A DNA stretch of 64,000 nt from Bdellovibrionales bacterium (GTDB taxonomy: Bacteria > Bdellovibrionota > Bdellovibrionia > Bdellovibrionales > UBA1609). The stretch is from positions 977,103-1,041,102 of the forward strand of contig OZ220488.1 of NCBI GenBank assembly GCA_965116155.1, given 5' to 3'. A program made the translations under genes and the position numbers. Position 1 is the first letter of the stretch. Each line of letters opens with the position of its first letter. Under the pieces are notes generated by a model. The model saw only the letters and a list, made by a program, of their open reading frames with translations, did no database searches and was not told the origin of the DNA. Shown one piece after another: positions 8,560 to 18,900 of the stretch.

Positions 8560-9148
8560 AAGGTGTCCATGGCGTTAAGATAATCTGGCAGGTCAGGTCA
8601 CGTCTGGGTGTATCGCGATCCATACAGCCTTGCCCTAGGCGACAGCGCTACCCTCAATTTACATAAATTGCACTTGCGGGTACGGGCTTGGACCTAACCT
8701 GCAGGGCCATAGATAGCTGTCTAGCGCGCAAAAATGCTTAACCTAGTGCGCCACCGCTTTGCTTCAGAGAATTTTACTAGCACTCTGATTGTATTTACCC
8801 GAACGCACGGAGCTTTGACGGCAGTCTGGTCGCCTTGTGCCTAACGATCGCACAAGGCTACAGGCTCATAGTAGCTTCATAGGTCGCAAAATTCTCTGTA
8901 AGACGCTTGGCACCCTGATGGCCGCCCCTTCACAGGGGCTATCAGGATGCCGGCGTGAGCTATCCAGCACGTGAGGGTGCCCTGGAATAGCCGCTTGCCT
9001 TGCACACCTTTAGGTGTGTCAGCAGGCTGCGCTCTCTGGCCAGGGCACCCTCACTAACACTTTTATGCTTACGCACTTAGCTTCAGAGAATTTTACTAGC
9101 ACTCTGATGCTTACGCACTTTGTCCCAGGGCATTTTCCTAGCGCTCTA
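8560..9148. repeat. Mosaic hairpin-repeat array
   Basis: Long-hairpin module at 8585-8723, a short-hairpin module (GCCTTGTGC...GCACAAGGC), a reverse-oriented AAAATTCTCTG...CAGAGAATTTT module with extra DNA inside it (8956-9080), and a CTAGCGCTCTAA terminus supplying the stop of the next gene. Confidence 0.85.
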
Positions 9149-10972
9149 ATGATTGCATGTAGCTGTGCCGTTGGGAGAAACGTGCCAACCACCTGCGGGC
9201 GGATGAGAGCCAGGGAGCCGATTGGATTTCCCCAGATCATCCTCGCGGCTGTCACCACTACCATCATCACCACCAGCAAAGCCATTTAAATGCGCTTGCA
9301 AAAGCGAACGCTCTAAAACGCCCCCGCCCGACACAGCACCTAAAGCCACACCCGGCATGCCAGGCTTCGTAAATACACCCGTCAAACTAGAACCCGTGCC
9401 CGTATTATCATTACCACCATACACGCACCTAAAGGCCTCAATGTCACTGGAATGCAAGCCCTTTTTCTCACCCACACTAATACTAGGGTACATAATACTA
9501 TCCGGGTCATCACTATGCCCCATACCCAAAGCATGACCCAACTCGTGCAGCATCACAGTACGAAAATGATACCTAATAGCACTAACAGTTTCGCCAAAAT
9601 CAAACCAATTGGTCACGGCGCTCAAGGAGCTAGTAGCATACACGCGCCCTTGGTCGATAATACCAATGTCCACATCGCTAATCAAAAACTTCTCATAGCA
9701 AAGCGTTTTAGTCCTATCTCTACAAACGGAAGGAAAAGCCATATAAGCCGTAGCTAACGCTCCGCGGGTTGAGCGCACATTGTAGTATGCATCTGGAATG
9801 ACCTTAATTACATTGATCCCATCTGACTCAGTAAATCTCTCATACCTTGCAGAACTCAATTTAAACACGCGGTCCCAAGAAGATATGCCCTCTACAGCAT
9901 CGTTCCACACCTGCATTACATGCTCTAGGTCTGCCTTCATTTCATCAGTAATGTTTTCATGCAAACGAAACAACAATCTATTTCGTATACGAAGAGGCCC
10001 TAAAGAAAACCGCGTATTAAAACCACACGAAGCAATTGGATAAATATCCGGATCTTTGGGGCTGGTTTTTTTAAACCTCTTTACAAAAGCATCGTAATGC
10101 AAACGACGCTTAACCTCATGCAAACCCCTTAGTGAGCTGGATGGGTCCCAAAGCAAATTTACATTGTTTGCTGACTTAAAGCTCCACTCTGACCAATCGG
10201 GAAACAAAAAATCATTCGCCCCATAAAACATCCCATCCATAAGACGCACATTTTCTACATAACTTGGTTTGGGCACACTCACAAAACCCAGCTTAGGAGT
10301 GTTGTAAAAAGCTGCAGTTAAGTCCACCCACTGCATATCGCCTAAGCTCTTAACTGCTACCAGTTTGTTGTTGTCTTTGCTATTTTTCCAGTGTGGTGAA
10401 TTTGCTAATAAACCACCCCAAGCCTGCAACCTGCCCCTAATACGCACCTCGTAAAACCCTGGGCTTTTATACGTATGCCGAGCTGAAGAAAGCGCTCTGC
10501 GACTTGTAATATGCTGAATTTTAGTCCCATCACCCCAATCTACATAAAAATCGTAAGCATCTGGCAATTCTAATTGACTCAAGTGAGCCGCTTCACGAAG
10601 CGGCAGTCTGAGGGTTAAAGAATCCGCAGGAATGTCCCACAAGGTAACAAAAGAGCTCTTATACTCGGCGCGCCCTTCTAAACGCTGCACCTTGTTTAGT
10701 TTATCGCCTTCGCCGCTTGAAGCTGCTAAAGCCGCCATGTCTAATTTGCGCATCTGTTGCAAGCAGAGCAAATGCTCCCCAGCACTGCCACAAGCCTTTA
10801 AGCTCGCAGTGTCCGAGTCATCGTCATCGTCATTATCGTCGTCGTTGTCATCGTCGTCGTCGTCTGGATTGTTTACAGATGTGCCCGGCCCAGCATTAAA
10901 AGACTCGCAGGCGGCAAAAAACAATAAAAGGCCCATAAGAGCCAACAGGATCAAAAACCGGCTGCTTTTCAC
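9146..10972 (-). CDS. lipoprotein with DUF285/BspA-like N-terminal region and matrixin-type (M10 metzincin) zinc protease domain
   Basis: GTG start. Lipobox LLFFAAC. Poly-Asp/Asn linker. YDFYVDWGDGT...HTYKSPGFYEVRIRG motif. HELGHALGMGHS zinc motif with SIMYP Met-turn. Paralog of 11693-13339. Confidence 0.8.
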   Translation of the reverse strand: MKSSRFLILLALMGLLLFFAACESFNAGPGTSVNNPDDDDDDNDDDNDDDDDSDTASLKACGSAGEHLLCLQQMRKLDMAALAASSGEGDKLNKVQRLEGRAEYKSSFVTLWDIPADSLTLRLPLREAAHLSQLELPDAYDFYVDWGDGTKIQHITSRRALSSARHTYKSPGFYEVRIRGRLQAWGGLLANSPHWKNSKDNNKLVAVKSLGDMQWVDLTAAFYNTPKLGFVSVPKPSYVENVRLMDGMFYGANDFLFPDWSEWSFKSANNVNLLWDPSSSLRGLHEVKRRLHYDAFVKRFKKTSPKDPDIYPIASCGFNTRFSLGPLRIRNRLLFRLHENITDEMKADLEHVMQVWNDAVEGISSWDRVFKLSSARYERFTESDGINVIKVIPDAYYNVRSTRGALATAYMAFPSVCRDRTKTLCYEKFLISDVDIGIIDQGRVYATSSLSAVTNWFDFGETVSAIRYHFRTVMLHELGHALGMGHSDDPDSIMYPSISVGEKKGLHSSDIEAFRCVYGGNDNTGTGSSLTGVFTKPGMPGVALGAVSGGGVLERSLLQAHLNGFAGGDDGSGDSREDDLGKSNRLPGSHPPAGGWHVSPNGTATCNH

Positions 10973-10990
10973 AAAAGGCTTGTCGGCAAA

Positions 10991-11394
10991 TTAGAGCGCT
11001 AGTAAAATTCTCTGAGGCACAGAGCGGCGGCACACTGATAGCCCCTCAAAGAGGGGCAGCCATCAGGGTGCCAAGCTTGTATCAGAGAATTTTGCGGCCT
11101 ATAAGAGATCTATGGCCCTGTAGCCTTGGACGATCTTTAGGTCCAAGGCGACCACACTTTCGTCACAGCCCCGTGCATTGAGCAAAAACAAATTAGAGCG
11201 CTAGTAAAATTCTCTGAGGCACAGAGCGGCAGCACACTGATAGCCCCTCAAAGAGGGGCGGCCATCAGGGTGCCAAGCTTGTATCAGAGAATTTTGCGGC
11301 CTATAAGAGATCTATGGCCCTGTAGCCTTGGACGATCTTTAGGTCCAAGGCGACCACACTTTCGTCACAGCCCCGTGCATTGAGCAAAAACCAA
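10991..11394. repeat. Tandem duplication, 2 x 202 bp, of a composite repeat unit
   Basis: Units 10991-11192 and 11193-11394 differ at about 3 positions. Each unit is TTAGAGCGCTAG-AAAATTCTCTGAGG hairpin-GGCCTATAAG-short hairpin GCCTTGGAC...GTCCAAGGC-tail. Confidence 0.95.
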
Positions 11395-11697
11395 TTAGAG
11401 CGCTAGGAAAATGCCATGTGGGACGCTTGTCTGGTATCCTTGGCTTTGACGGGAGTGTAGCAAATGAGGTCACGTTTCATTCGTTTCCTCTGAGCAAGAC
11501 CGGGTGCAGGCGGCATTATTTACCTCGATTTAGAGTATCCTCATTTCAGGTACGCACTTAGCCCTCATTTGCAGGGCCATAGATAGCTGCATAGACCGCC
11601 AAAGCACCTCTTGGTTTTCCACTTGCCTGACGCACCCAAAGGTGCATTGCCAGGCTGCGCTGCATGCAAGAGGTGCTTGGGCTAGTCTGTAATTAAT
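11395..11697. repeat. Mosaic hairpin-repeat array
   Basis: TTAGAGCGCTAGGAAAATGCC terminus, long-hairpin module at 11460-11593, and a CCAAAGCACCTCTTG...CAAGAGGTGCTTGGGCTAGTCTGTAA hairpin ending at the stop of the next gene. Confidence 0.85.
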
Positions 11698-13339
11698 GAC
11701 CACACGTAGCGACGCCGTCGGGAGAGACGTGCCAGCCGCCTTTGGACTTATGATCAGGAAGTCGTGCATCTTCACTACTAACACTATCCACCAGACCACC
11801 CAAATGTGTCCGCAGCATAGAAAGCTCTAAATTTTCACCACTGTACATGCAATGAAAAGCCTGCGCATCACTAGCATGCACCTCCTTAACCACGCCCCTA
11901 GGCACTGAAGGATACATGATGCTGCTGCGCGAATCACTATGAACCAAACCCAACGCGTGGCCCAGCTCATGCAGCATCACAGTACGAAAATGAAACTTAT
12001 CTCTACTCGGCACAGCCCCGAACTGAAAGTTCGCCCTGCCCTTTTCGCCATAAAGCTTAAAACCTATGTCCATATCCGTCACATTAAACACTGCATCGCA
12101 CAATGGCCCGCCCCCCAAACACCGTCCTCCAGAACCCACATAGGTAGAAGCCAAAACTCCCGGCGCAAAACGCGCACCCTCGTCTGAATCAGAGAGCACT
12201 TTAATAAAATTTTTCCCATCAATGGCAATGGCATCCAAACCATTGGGGTTGGTTTTTAATACCCTTATCACCTCCATACCCAAAGCCGCATTCCAAGCCT
12301 CGGCCAGATACGCTAAATCCAAGCGAGCAAAATTACCCATATCGCGGTCTAAAATAAAATCGAGCGGAAACGCGCTCTTGGGCCATGCCAAAGGGCGCCA
12401 GGCGCGCTTTACCTTAAATCCACAAGACTGCGCCGGGTACCTAGCACCTGGCTGTGTCTTATGAAACCTTTTGACATAAGCATCGTAATGCAAACGCCGC
12501 TTAACCTCGAGCAAGGCCCCAGCAGGCTGCTCAGTGTTCCAAAAATACGTTGCGCTCTTTACGCTTTTAAAACTCCACTCCGACCAGTCTGGCAATAAAG
12601 ACTCAAAAGTTCCATAAAAAGCATAATCTATAAAGCGCACATTTTTTGTATACTGGGCCTCGGGCACTTGAACTTGACGCAAATTTTGCGCATTAAAAAA
12701 AGCAAAACTCAAATCACGCCACTGCATATCGCCCAGGCTTTTAACTTTTACTAGCTTATCGTTACTCGTGCTATTCTCCCACACGAGCCCACGCCTGCCT
12801 CCCCAAGCCTTAAGCACACCCCTTAAACGCACCTCATACGTACCAGCGCGAGAGTAAGTGTGCCCCGCGCCCGCGCCATTTTCCGTTACATGCTCAATAG
12901 CGCTCCCATCGCCCCAGTCTACATAAAAATCATACGCATCCTGTATGTTAACCTTGCGCAAATACGCCGCGCTCCTTAAAGGCAAAGCCACAGCCCACGA
13001 GCGCCGGCTCACACGCCACTCGGTCACCATGGAGCTCTTGTATGTATCCAAAGCCTGCAGCACTGTGGTATCGATTTGCCGCATGGCTTCAAGACACTTT
13101 TTGTGCTGTGCAGATGAGTCTGAACAAAGTGGGAGCAGCGATTTTTTAGCAACCTCAATGGCGCTGTCTTTTTCGGTATCTTTTGCCGTATTGCCTGCGG
13201 CGTCTTGACTGCCTGCTACGAGGTGCTTTTGTGCTGCGCCAGCACCAGGAGGTGCCAGAGGCTCAAAAGCGCCACAGGCAGCAACCCAAAACACTCCACA
13301 AATAACGCCAAAACGAACCCCACGCCCCCTAATAGACAA
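11693..13339 (-). CDS. lipoprotein with DUF285/BspA-like region and matrixin-type zinc protease domain (paralog)
   Basis: TTG start preceded by GGGGGGA. Lipobox FWVAAC. YDFYVDWGDGS...HTYSRAGTYEVRLRG. HELGHALGLVHS with SIMYP. Its C-terminus GGWHVSPDGVATCGH matches that of its neighbour. Confidence 0.8.
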   Translation of the reverse strand: MSIRGRGVRFGVICGVFWVAACGAFEPLAPPGAGAAQKHLVAGSQDAAGNTAKDTEKDSAIEVAKKSLLPLCSDSSAQHKKCLEAMRQIDTTVLQALDTYKSSMVTEWRVSRRSWAVALPLRSAAYLRKVNIQDAYDFYVDWGDGSAIEHVTENGAGAGHTYSRAGTYEVRLRGVLKAWGGRRGLVWENSTSNDKLVKVKSLGDMQWRDLSFAFFNAQNLRQVQVPEAQYTKNVRFIDYAFYGTFESLLPDWSEWSFKSVKSATYFWNTEQPAGALLEVKRRLHYDAYVKRFHKTQPGARYPAQSCGFKVKRAWRPLAWPKSAFPLDFILDRDMGNFARLDLAYLAEAWNAALGMEVIRVLKTNPNGLDAIAIDGKNFIKVLSDSDEGARFAPGVLASTYVGSGGRCLGGGPLCDAVFNVTDMDIGFKLYGEKGRANFQFGAVPSRDKFHFRTVMLHELGHALGLVHSDSRSSIMYPSVPRGVVKEVHASDAQAFHCMYSGENLELSMLRTHLGGLVDSVSSEDARLPDHKSKGGWHVSPDGVATCGH

Positions 13340-13452
13340 TTAATATCCCCCCAATAAGAGCCAGCAGCAAGAACCAAGCGGCAAAAACTAACAGAACCCC
13401 AATGATACCCCAAAGCGCCTTGGGGTTAAAAGCCTACACATAGCGGCATGCA

Positions 13453-14145
13453 TCAAAAGTGAGCATGGTATTTTTGTGCAATAAACTGTTTTGCCTTTGA
13501 GAAGGGCTTATGACCAAAAAATCCCCTATGGGCACTTAGGGGCGACGGATGCGGAGCCTCTAACACCAAATGCTGCGCCCCCACCAAAGTACGAAAAGCA
13601 CGCGCATGCCGGCCCCACAAAAAAAACACCATTCGTCGCTTGCGCGCCCCCAAAACCTTAAGGGCACAGCGCGTAAACTCCTCCCACCCTATGCCCTGGT
13701 GCGATGCCGTTTGACCAGCCCGCACACTTAAGACCGTGTTAAGCAGCAAAACACCCTTTTGAGTCCAAGGGTATAGATCACCGCTAGCAGGAGGAGGCTG
13801 GTTTAAATCCGCTGCGTATTCTTTAAAAATGTTACTTAGTGATTGAGGCAAAGGCTTAACCCCCAAGGGCACGCTAAAACTTAAACCACAAGCATGCTGC
13901 GGGTTAGGGTACGGGTCTTGACCCACAATAACCACACGCACCTTACTAAAAGGCGTGCAATCAAATGCCCTAAACAGCTGATCGTAACGCGGCAAAATCC
14001 GGCGCCCCTGCTTTAGATCACGCTTTAGTGTGTGTTCAATTTTTTTAAACCACCGCTCCACCTCATAAGGCTGCAGGGCTGCGCACCATTCAGGCTCGCG
14101 CCACAACTTAGCTAAATGCACCTCATCAGGACTCGGCCAAGACAT
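13453..14145 (-). CDS. ung: uracil-DNA glycosylase (family 1)
   Basis: GQDPYP, LLLNTVLSV and HPSPLSA motifs, at a typical length. Confidence 0.9.
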   Translation of the reverse strand: MSWPSPDEVHLAKLWREPEWCAALQPYEVERWFKKIEHTLKRDLKQGRRILPRYDQLFRAFDCTPFSKVRVVIVGQDPYPNPQHACGLSFSVPLGVKPLPQSLSNIFKEYAADLNQPPPASGDLYPWTQKGVLLLNTVLSVRAGQTASHQGIGWEEFTRCALKVLGARKRRMVFFLWGRHARAFRTLVGAQHLVLEAPHPSPLSAHRGFFGHKPFSKAKQFIAQKYHAHF

Positions 14146-14175
14146 AACGGCTCCTCAAAAAACTACTAAAGCGGT

Positions 14176-15888
14176 TTATTGTGACTGAGCAGGTGCCTCT
14201 TTGGGAGCTGCCTGTTTAGCTGCTTGTTTAAGTCGGCTTAAAAACTCAGCAGCATCCACAAAGCCTGTTAAACGCAAATCGGGGCGCAAACGGCCTGCGG
14301 CATCGTAAAACATCACCCACGGCAAGCCTACCACATTGTAGCGTTTTTTAAACTTAGTTAATTTTGCAGAGCTCTTGGTAGCATTTACCTTTAACCACAG
14401 CACGTTATACTCTGCGCCAAACTGCACCACATCCGGATGGGTGAAGGTTTTTTGCTCTAGCTCTACACAGGCCACGCACCAAGAGGCAAAGACATCTATC
14501 ACCACCAGGCGTTTATTTTGCAAGGCCTGGTACAGTTTTTGATCTGTATAATCCTGCCAAGGCACGCCTTTTTGAGCTACTGGCGTATGATCTTTAGACG
14601 AAAAGGCAAAGTCCACCCCCGGCCCCGTAGGCCAAAGCTTACTCACCCAAGGCCAAGCAAAAAACACCCCCACTCCCAACAAACTAACTCCTAGGACTTT
14701 TTTTAAACCCCCCATCCAAGCCCCAGGGCGTAACAAAAACTTCGACCCCCCCAAGCTGCCATACACAACAAACAGCAAACCCAAGCCTAAAGAAAAAACA
14801 AACATCAACGCAAAACCCAATAGCAAATTCTGCGTTGTACCTATATAAATGAGCACGCTCACTAAAACCGGCCCCACGCAAGGGCTTGCAACCAAACCCA
14901 CACCCATCCCCATAACAAAAAACCTTAACCCCTGAGGAAGTTTGGCTAGTGCCCGATCTAGAGTGGGCGCGTTATTAGAAAACACCGACCAATCCAATAC
15001 CCCTAATAAATTAAGCCCCATCGCAAAAAAACAAGCACAAATAAACACCAGCACCAAAGGATGCGACAGCAAAGAGCCAAAAAGCACACCCATACTGGCC
15101 GCCAAAACTCCCAAAACAGAGTACGTAAGCCCCATGCCCAAAACATAAAACACACTGTTTAAAAAAGCCCTCGCCCTTGTAGAGTCAGATTTTAAAATCA
15201 AAAGCGTCACCGGCAGCATTGGTAACACACAAGGTGTCAGGCTGGTTAAAAAACCCGCCAAAAAAACCAGTACAAATAGCCACCACCAACCGCCAGAGCG
15301 CAAAGCCTGGTCAAAGGCGGCGCTTAGTTTTTGTGGCCTAAATAAATCCCTCCAACCTAAGCTACCTTCTTGCATCTGTACCACTAGGGGAGCCTCAAAC
15401 ACTTCAGTCGAAGGAAACAAGCAGTGTTTTTTAGTGCAAGCCTGATAACTTAGCTCCAAACTTAACGAGTAAAGACCCGGCCTTATAGGCAAGGCTCCCG
15501 CAGGTTTAAGCCAAACACTTGCTCGCCCTTGGCCCGATGTGCCCTCTCGGCTTTGGCCAGTGATGGTGTCAAAAAAAGTATGCACCGGTGCAATGCGCCA
15601 CTCTCCCAGTGTGAACTCGGTTTTTTGATTTAATAAGCGAAAGTTGAATTTTTCTAAATACGCAGTATACGGCGGCTCAATATGCCAAAAAACCTCTAAA
15701 AGAAAATCCTCCCCGTCACCTGTAGGGGCTTGAGCAAATTGCACTTTGGTAATTTCTAAGGGCCGGGGGTTAATGACTCCCTCAGCTAAAGCAACAGGCA
15801 TGGCGCTTAGGCCAAAAAACCAAGCCACAACGCACAAACCAGCCCAACTCCAAGGCTTTAAGCTCCAACACCTGCGCCGTATCACCAC
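14176..15888 (-). CDS. dsbD: thiol:disulfide interchange protein DsbD-like
   Basis: N-terminal periplasmic domain, polytopic core with TPCVLPMLP and SPCVGP motifs, and a C-terminal thioredoxin fold with WCVAC. GTG start. Confidence 0.8.
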   Translation of the reverse strand: MVIRRRCWSLKPWSWAGLCVVAWFFGLSAMPVALAEGVINPRPLEITKVQFAQAPTGDGEDFLLEVFWHIEPPYTAYLEKFNFRLLNQKTEFTLGEWRIAPVHTFFDTITGQSREGTSGQGRASVWLKPAGALPIRPGLYSLSLELSYQACTKKHCLFPSTEVFEAPLVVQMQEGSLGWRDLFRPQKLSAAFDQALRSGGWWWLFVLVFLAGFLTSLTPCVLPMLPVTLLILKSDSTRARAFLNSVFYVLGMGLTYSVLGVLAASMGVLFGSLLSHPLVLVFICACFFAMGLNLLGVLDWSVFSNNAPTLDRALAKLPQGLRFFVMGMGVGLVASPCVGPVLVSVLIYIGTTQNLLLGFALMFVFSLGLGLLFVVYGSLGGSKFLLRPGAWMGGLKKVLGVSLLGVGVFFAWPWVSKLWPTGPGVDFAFSSKDHTPVAQKGVPWQDYTDQKLYQALQNKRLVVIDVFASWCVACVELEQKTFTHPDVVQFGAEYNVLWLKVNATKSSAKLTKFKKRYNVVGLPWVMFYDAAGRLRPDLRLTGFVDAAEFLSRLKQAAKQAAPKEAPAQSQ

Positions 15889-15947
15889 CCCTCCCTTATA
15901 TATCAGGTACCTTGTAGGCGCTTATAGTTTTGCATGGGTTGCTGTAA

Positions 15948-18900
15948 GTGTATAGCCCGACTATATTATTAAGTGCAGTGAGGAGTATTATACGGTTTTT
16001 TGTTAGGGAGCATCTGCTAAGCAATGTTTTAACTTTGCTGTGTGTTTTTGCAGGTGTGGTTTCTATAAGCGGCATGCGGCGTGCTATTTGGCCCGATGTA
16101 GAGTTTAACATAACAGTACTGAGCACTATTTTGCCTGGCGCGTCTTCTGAAAAAGTAGAGCAACTGGTAACCGTGCCTTTAGAAGAAAGCCTGCGCCCTT
16201 TAAAAGGCATTAAAAGCGTCAGCTCTACTTCCACCCAAAACCAAAGCTTTATTGCCATAGAGCTAGACATCGACGCACAAGATCCCAGGCGCACTAATGC
16301 TGATATTCGCCGCGCCATTGACCAGGTCACTGACTTGCCGGAGGACAGCCTTAAAACACAGATTGATGAACTAGATGCAGACGATAATGGCGTGCTAGAG
16401 GTAGCACTATCCGTGCGGGACGATGCTAAAATATCCGACTTAGACCTGGCCATACAAGCCAAACGCGTAAGAGACGAGCTCAGCCTCTTGCGAGAGAGCT
16501 CTCTTGTTGTGCCCAATGGCTTAAGAGACAGAGAATATATTGTAGAGGCCAGCTTGGAGCAATTAAAACGCAAGCGGGTATCTTTGCAGGAGCTTTTAGC
16601 GGCTCTCAAGCTAACGAATGTGTCTTTGCCCTCTGGAACGCTCACACAAGCCAATGGCGAAGAGGTGCTGTTACGGTCTTCAGGAGAGTTTTACGGGGTT
16701 TCGGATATTGAAAATGCCGTATTGCGGTCGAATGCCTCAGGCTACCATGTGCGGGTAAAAGATGTAGCCCGTGTGCGTAAGGGCTTGGCCCCGGCTACGC
16801 GCTTATACCGTGCGGGGGGGAGCCCCTCTATTAACCTTATGGTGAGCAAAAAAAAATCCGTAGATGTCTACGATTTGGTTGCGGGCATTAAAAACCGCAT
16901 GGCAGAGCTTAGACCCAGTATCCCCGAAGGCATTAAAATCGACTATATTAATGACCTTTCGATTTATCTAACCAACCGTATTAGCACCCTTAGGGGCAAC
17001 CTAATTTTGGGGCTGGTGCTGGTGGTGCTTTTGCTTATGATATTTGTACCCTGGCCTGTGGCTTTAGTAGTAGCTGTGGGCATTCCGATTGCCTTTTTTG
17101 CCGCTTTAAGTGCCGCGTATGCTATTGGTTTTTCTATTAATGTTGTCAGCCTTTTGGGACTGATATTGGTTTTAGGCATGCTGGTGGACGACGCCATTGT
17201 TGTAAGCGAAAACATCTGGCGCCACGTGCAGCAAGGAGGCGAAAGCCTGGTAGATAGCATAGTAGAGGGCACATATGAGGTATTTGGCGCAGTAGTGGCC
17301 TCTGTTATGACAACGGTTTCGGTGTTTTCGCCCATGCTGGTCATGAGCGGCGTGATGGGGTCGTTTATTTTTGAAATCCCCTCTATGGTGATACTGGCGC
17401 TGGTGTTTTCATTGTTAGAGGTGTTTATAATTATGCCGGCGCATTTTATTTCGTGGGTGGGGCCATTTGCAAGGCGCGTTAAAGCGCGCGAAAAAGCCGG
17501 CCACGGTGCTTACGAAAAAGCCCAGTGGTTTAAAAAGCTCACCAAAATATATGTACGCTTTGTGGGTTGGAGCCTAAAGTGGCGCTGGGCAATGGGCTTT
17601 GGGCTTGTAGCCTTTACGGCTGCAACTGCGGTACTGGTTTACAAAACCAACAAGTTTAAGTTGTTTCCAACGGATGGGGCGGATGTTTTTTTTATAGCCC
17701 TGCACGCTCCCAAGGGCTCCTCACTAGAGCATACCGCAGCGCTTGCAGTGCCTTTAGAAAAACTTGTGTCGCAATTGCCAAGACATGAGTTGGTGGATTT
17801 TAGTACCAGCATAGGCATTGTGCAGCAAAGCCCTAGCGACCCTTTTACGCAGCGGGGGTCTCACTTTGCCAACCTTAGAATCCGGCTATCGCCTATTAAT
17901 AAACGCACACGCACGGCAGATGAGATTATGGCAGAAATCAAAGCCCAAACCCCTTCGCTTAAAGAGCTGGGTTTAGAAAAAATAGTATATTTTAAAGCAC
18001 AAAACGGCCCACCCCAAGGGCGGGATATTCAGTTTAGCCTATTGGGTGATGAGCTAAATGTGCTAAAAAAAATCGCCCTTAAGCTAGAGCGCACCATGCA
18101 AGGTGTTGCTGGTGTGCAAGAGGTGCAAAACTCTTACGCTGAAGGCAAAGTGGAATACAGTGTTGAGGTGTTGCCCTTGCGTGCAGCCCAAATGGGTTTA
18201 AGCGCTTTTGATATTGCCCAAGGCGTACGCTTAGCGGTTGAGGGGAATACAGTAAGCGAAATCGTGCATGCAAATGAGTCATGGGACATTCGGGTAAAAT
18301 CTGTGCCTCGCTATGGAGAGGATTTTTTAGGTAGCAGCACTCATACAGACTTAGAAAAACAACTTCGTGGCCTTGTCATAGGCAACGCCCGTGGAGCCTT
18401 AATACCCTTAAGGGAGGTAAGCCGCATTAAGCAGGCGCGCTCCTTAAGCAGCATTAGGCGCAAAGACTACAAACGCGCGGTCAGCTTAGCAGCTGAGGTG
18501 GATTTAACTAAAAGCACTCCCATTAAAGCAACAGCAGAGCTTAAAAAGCTCTTTAAGCCTATAATAGCAAAGCACCCGAATTACAGTGTGGTGTGGGGAG
18601 GGCAAGACCAAGACACCAAAGAGAGCATGGCATCACTCATGCGGGCTTTTGGGTTTTCTATCTTTTTTGTATTTATGCTGCTTTTGATTACTTTTAAAAA
18701 TATTGTACAGCCCCTTATTATATTAAGCTCTATACCTTTGGGTTTTGCGGGGGTATCTTATGCTATGCTGCTGCACAACCGGCCATTTAGTTTTATGGCC
18801 ATGTTAGGCATGATTGCCCTAGGGGGAGTGATTGTAAATAACTCTATTGTGTTTATTGATTTTACCAATAAAATGCTAAAAAAAGGCGCAGCCTTAAGAG

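Noticed and set aside
10991-11394. The tandem 202-bp units (and the 239-bp units at 27882-28359) as a possible CRISPR array.
   Set aside because: The period is far too long and there are no unique spacers between short repeats. The units are composite copies of the dispersed hairpin modules. No cas genes are present in the window.
9146-13339. A diversity-generating retroelement explanation for the paralogous metalloproteases with conserved C-termini.
   Set aside because: There is no reverse transcriptase gene, and no template/variable repeat pair with adenine-specific differences. The similarity extends over the whole proteins, like ordinary paralogs.
13400-13425. The ACCCCAAAGCGCCTTGGGGT hairpin downstream of ung as a Rho-independent terminator.
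   Set aside because: The stem is short and no U-tract follows it on the ung strand, so the support is too weak to report as a feature.
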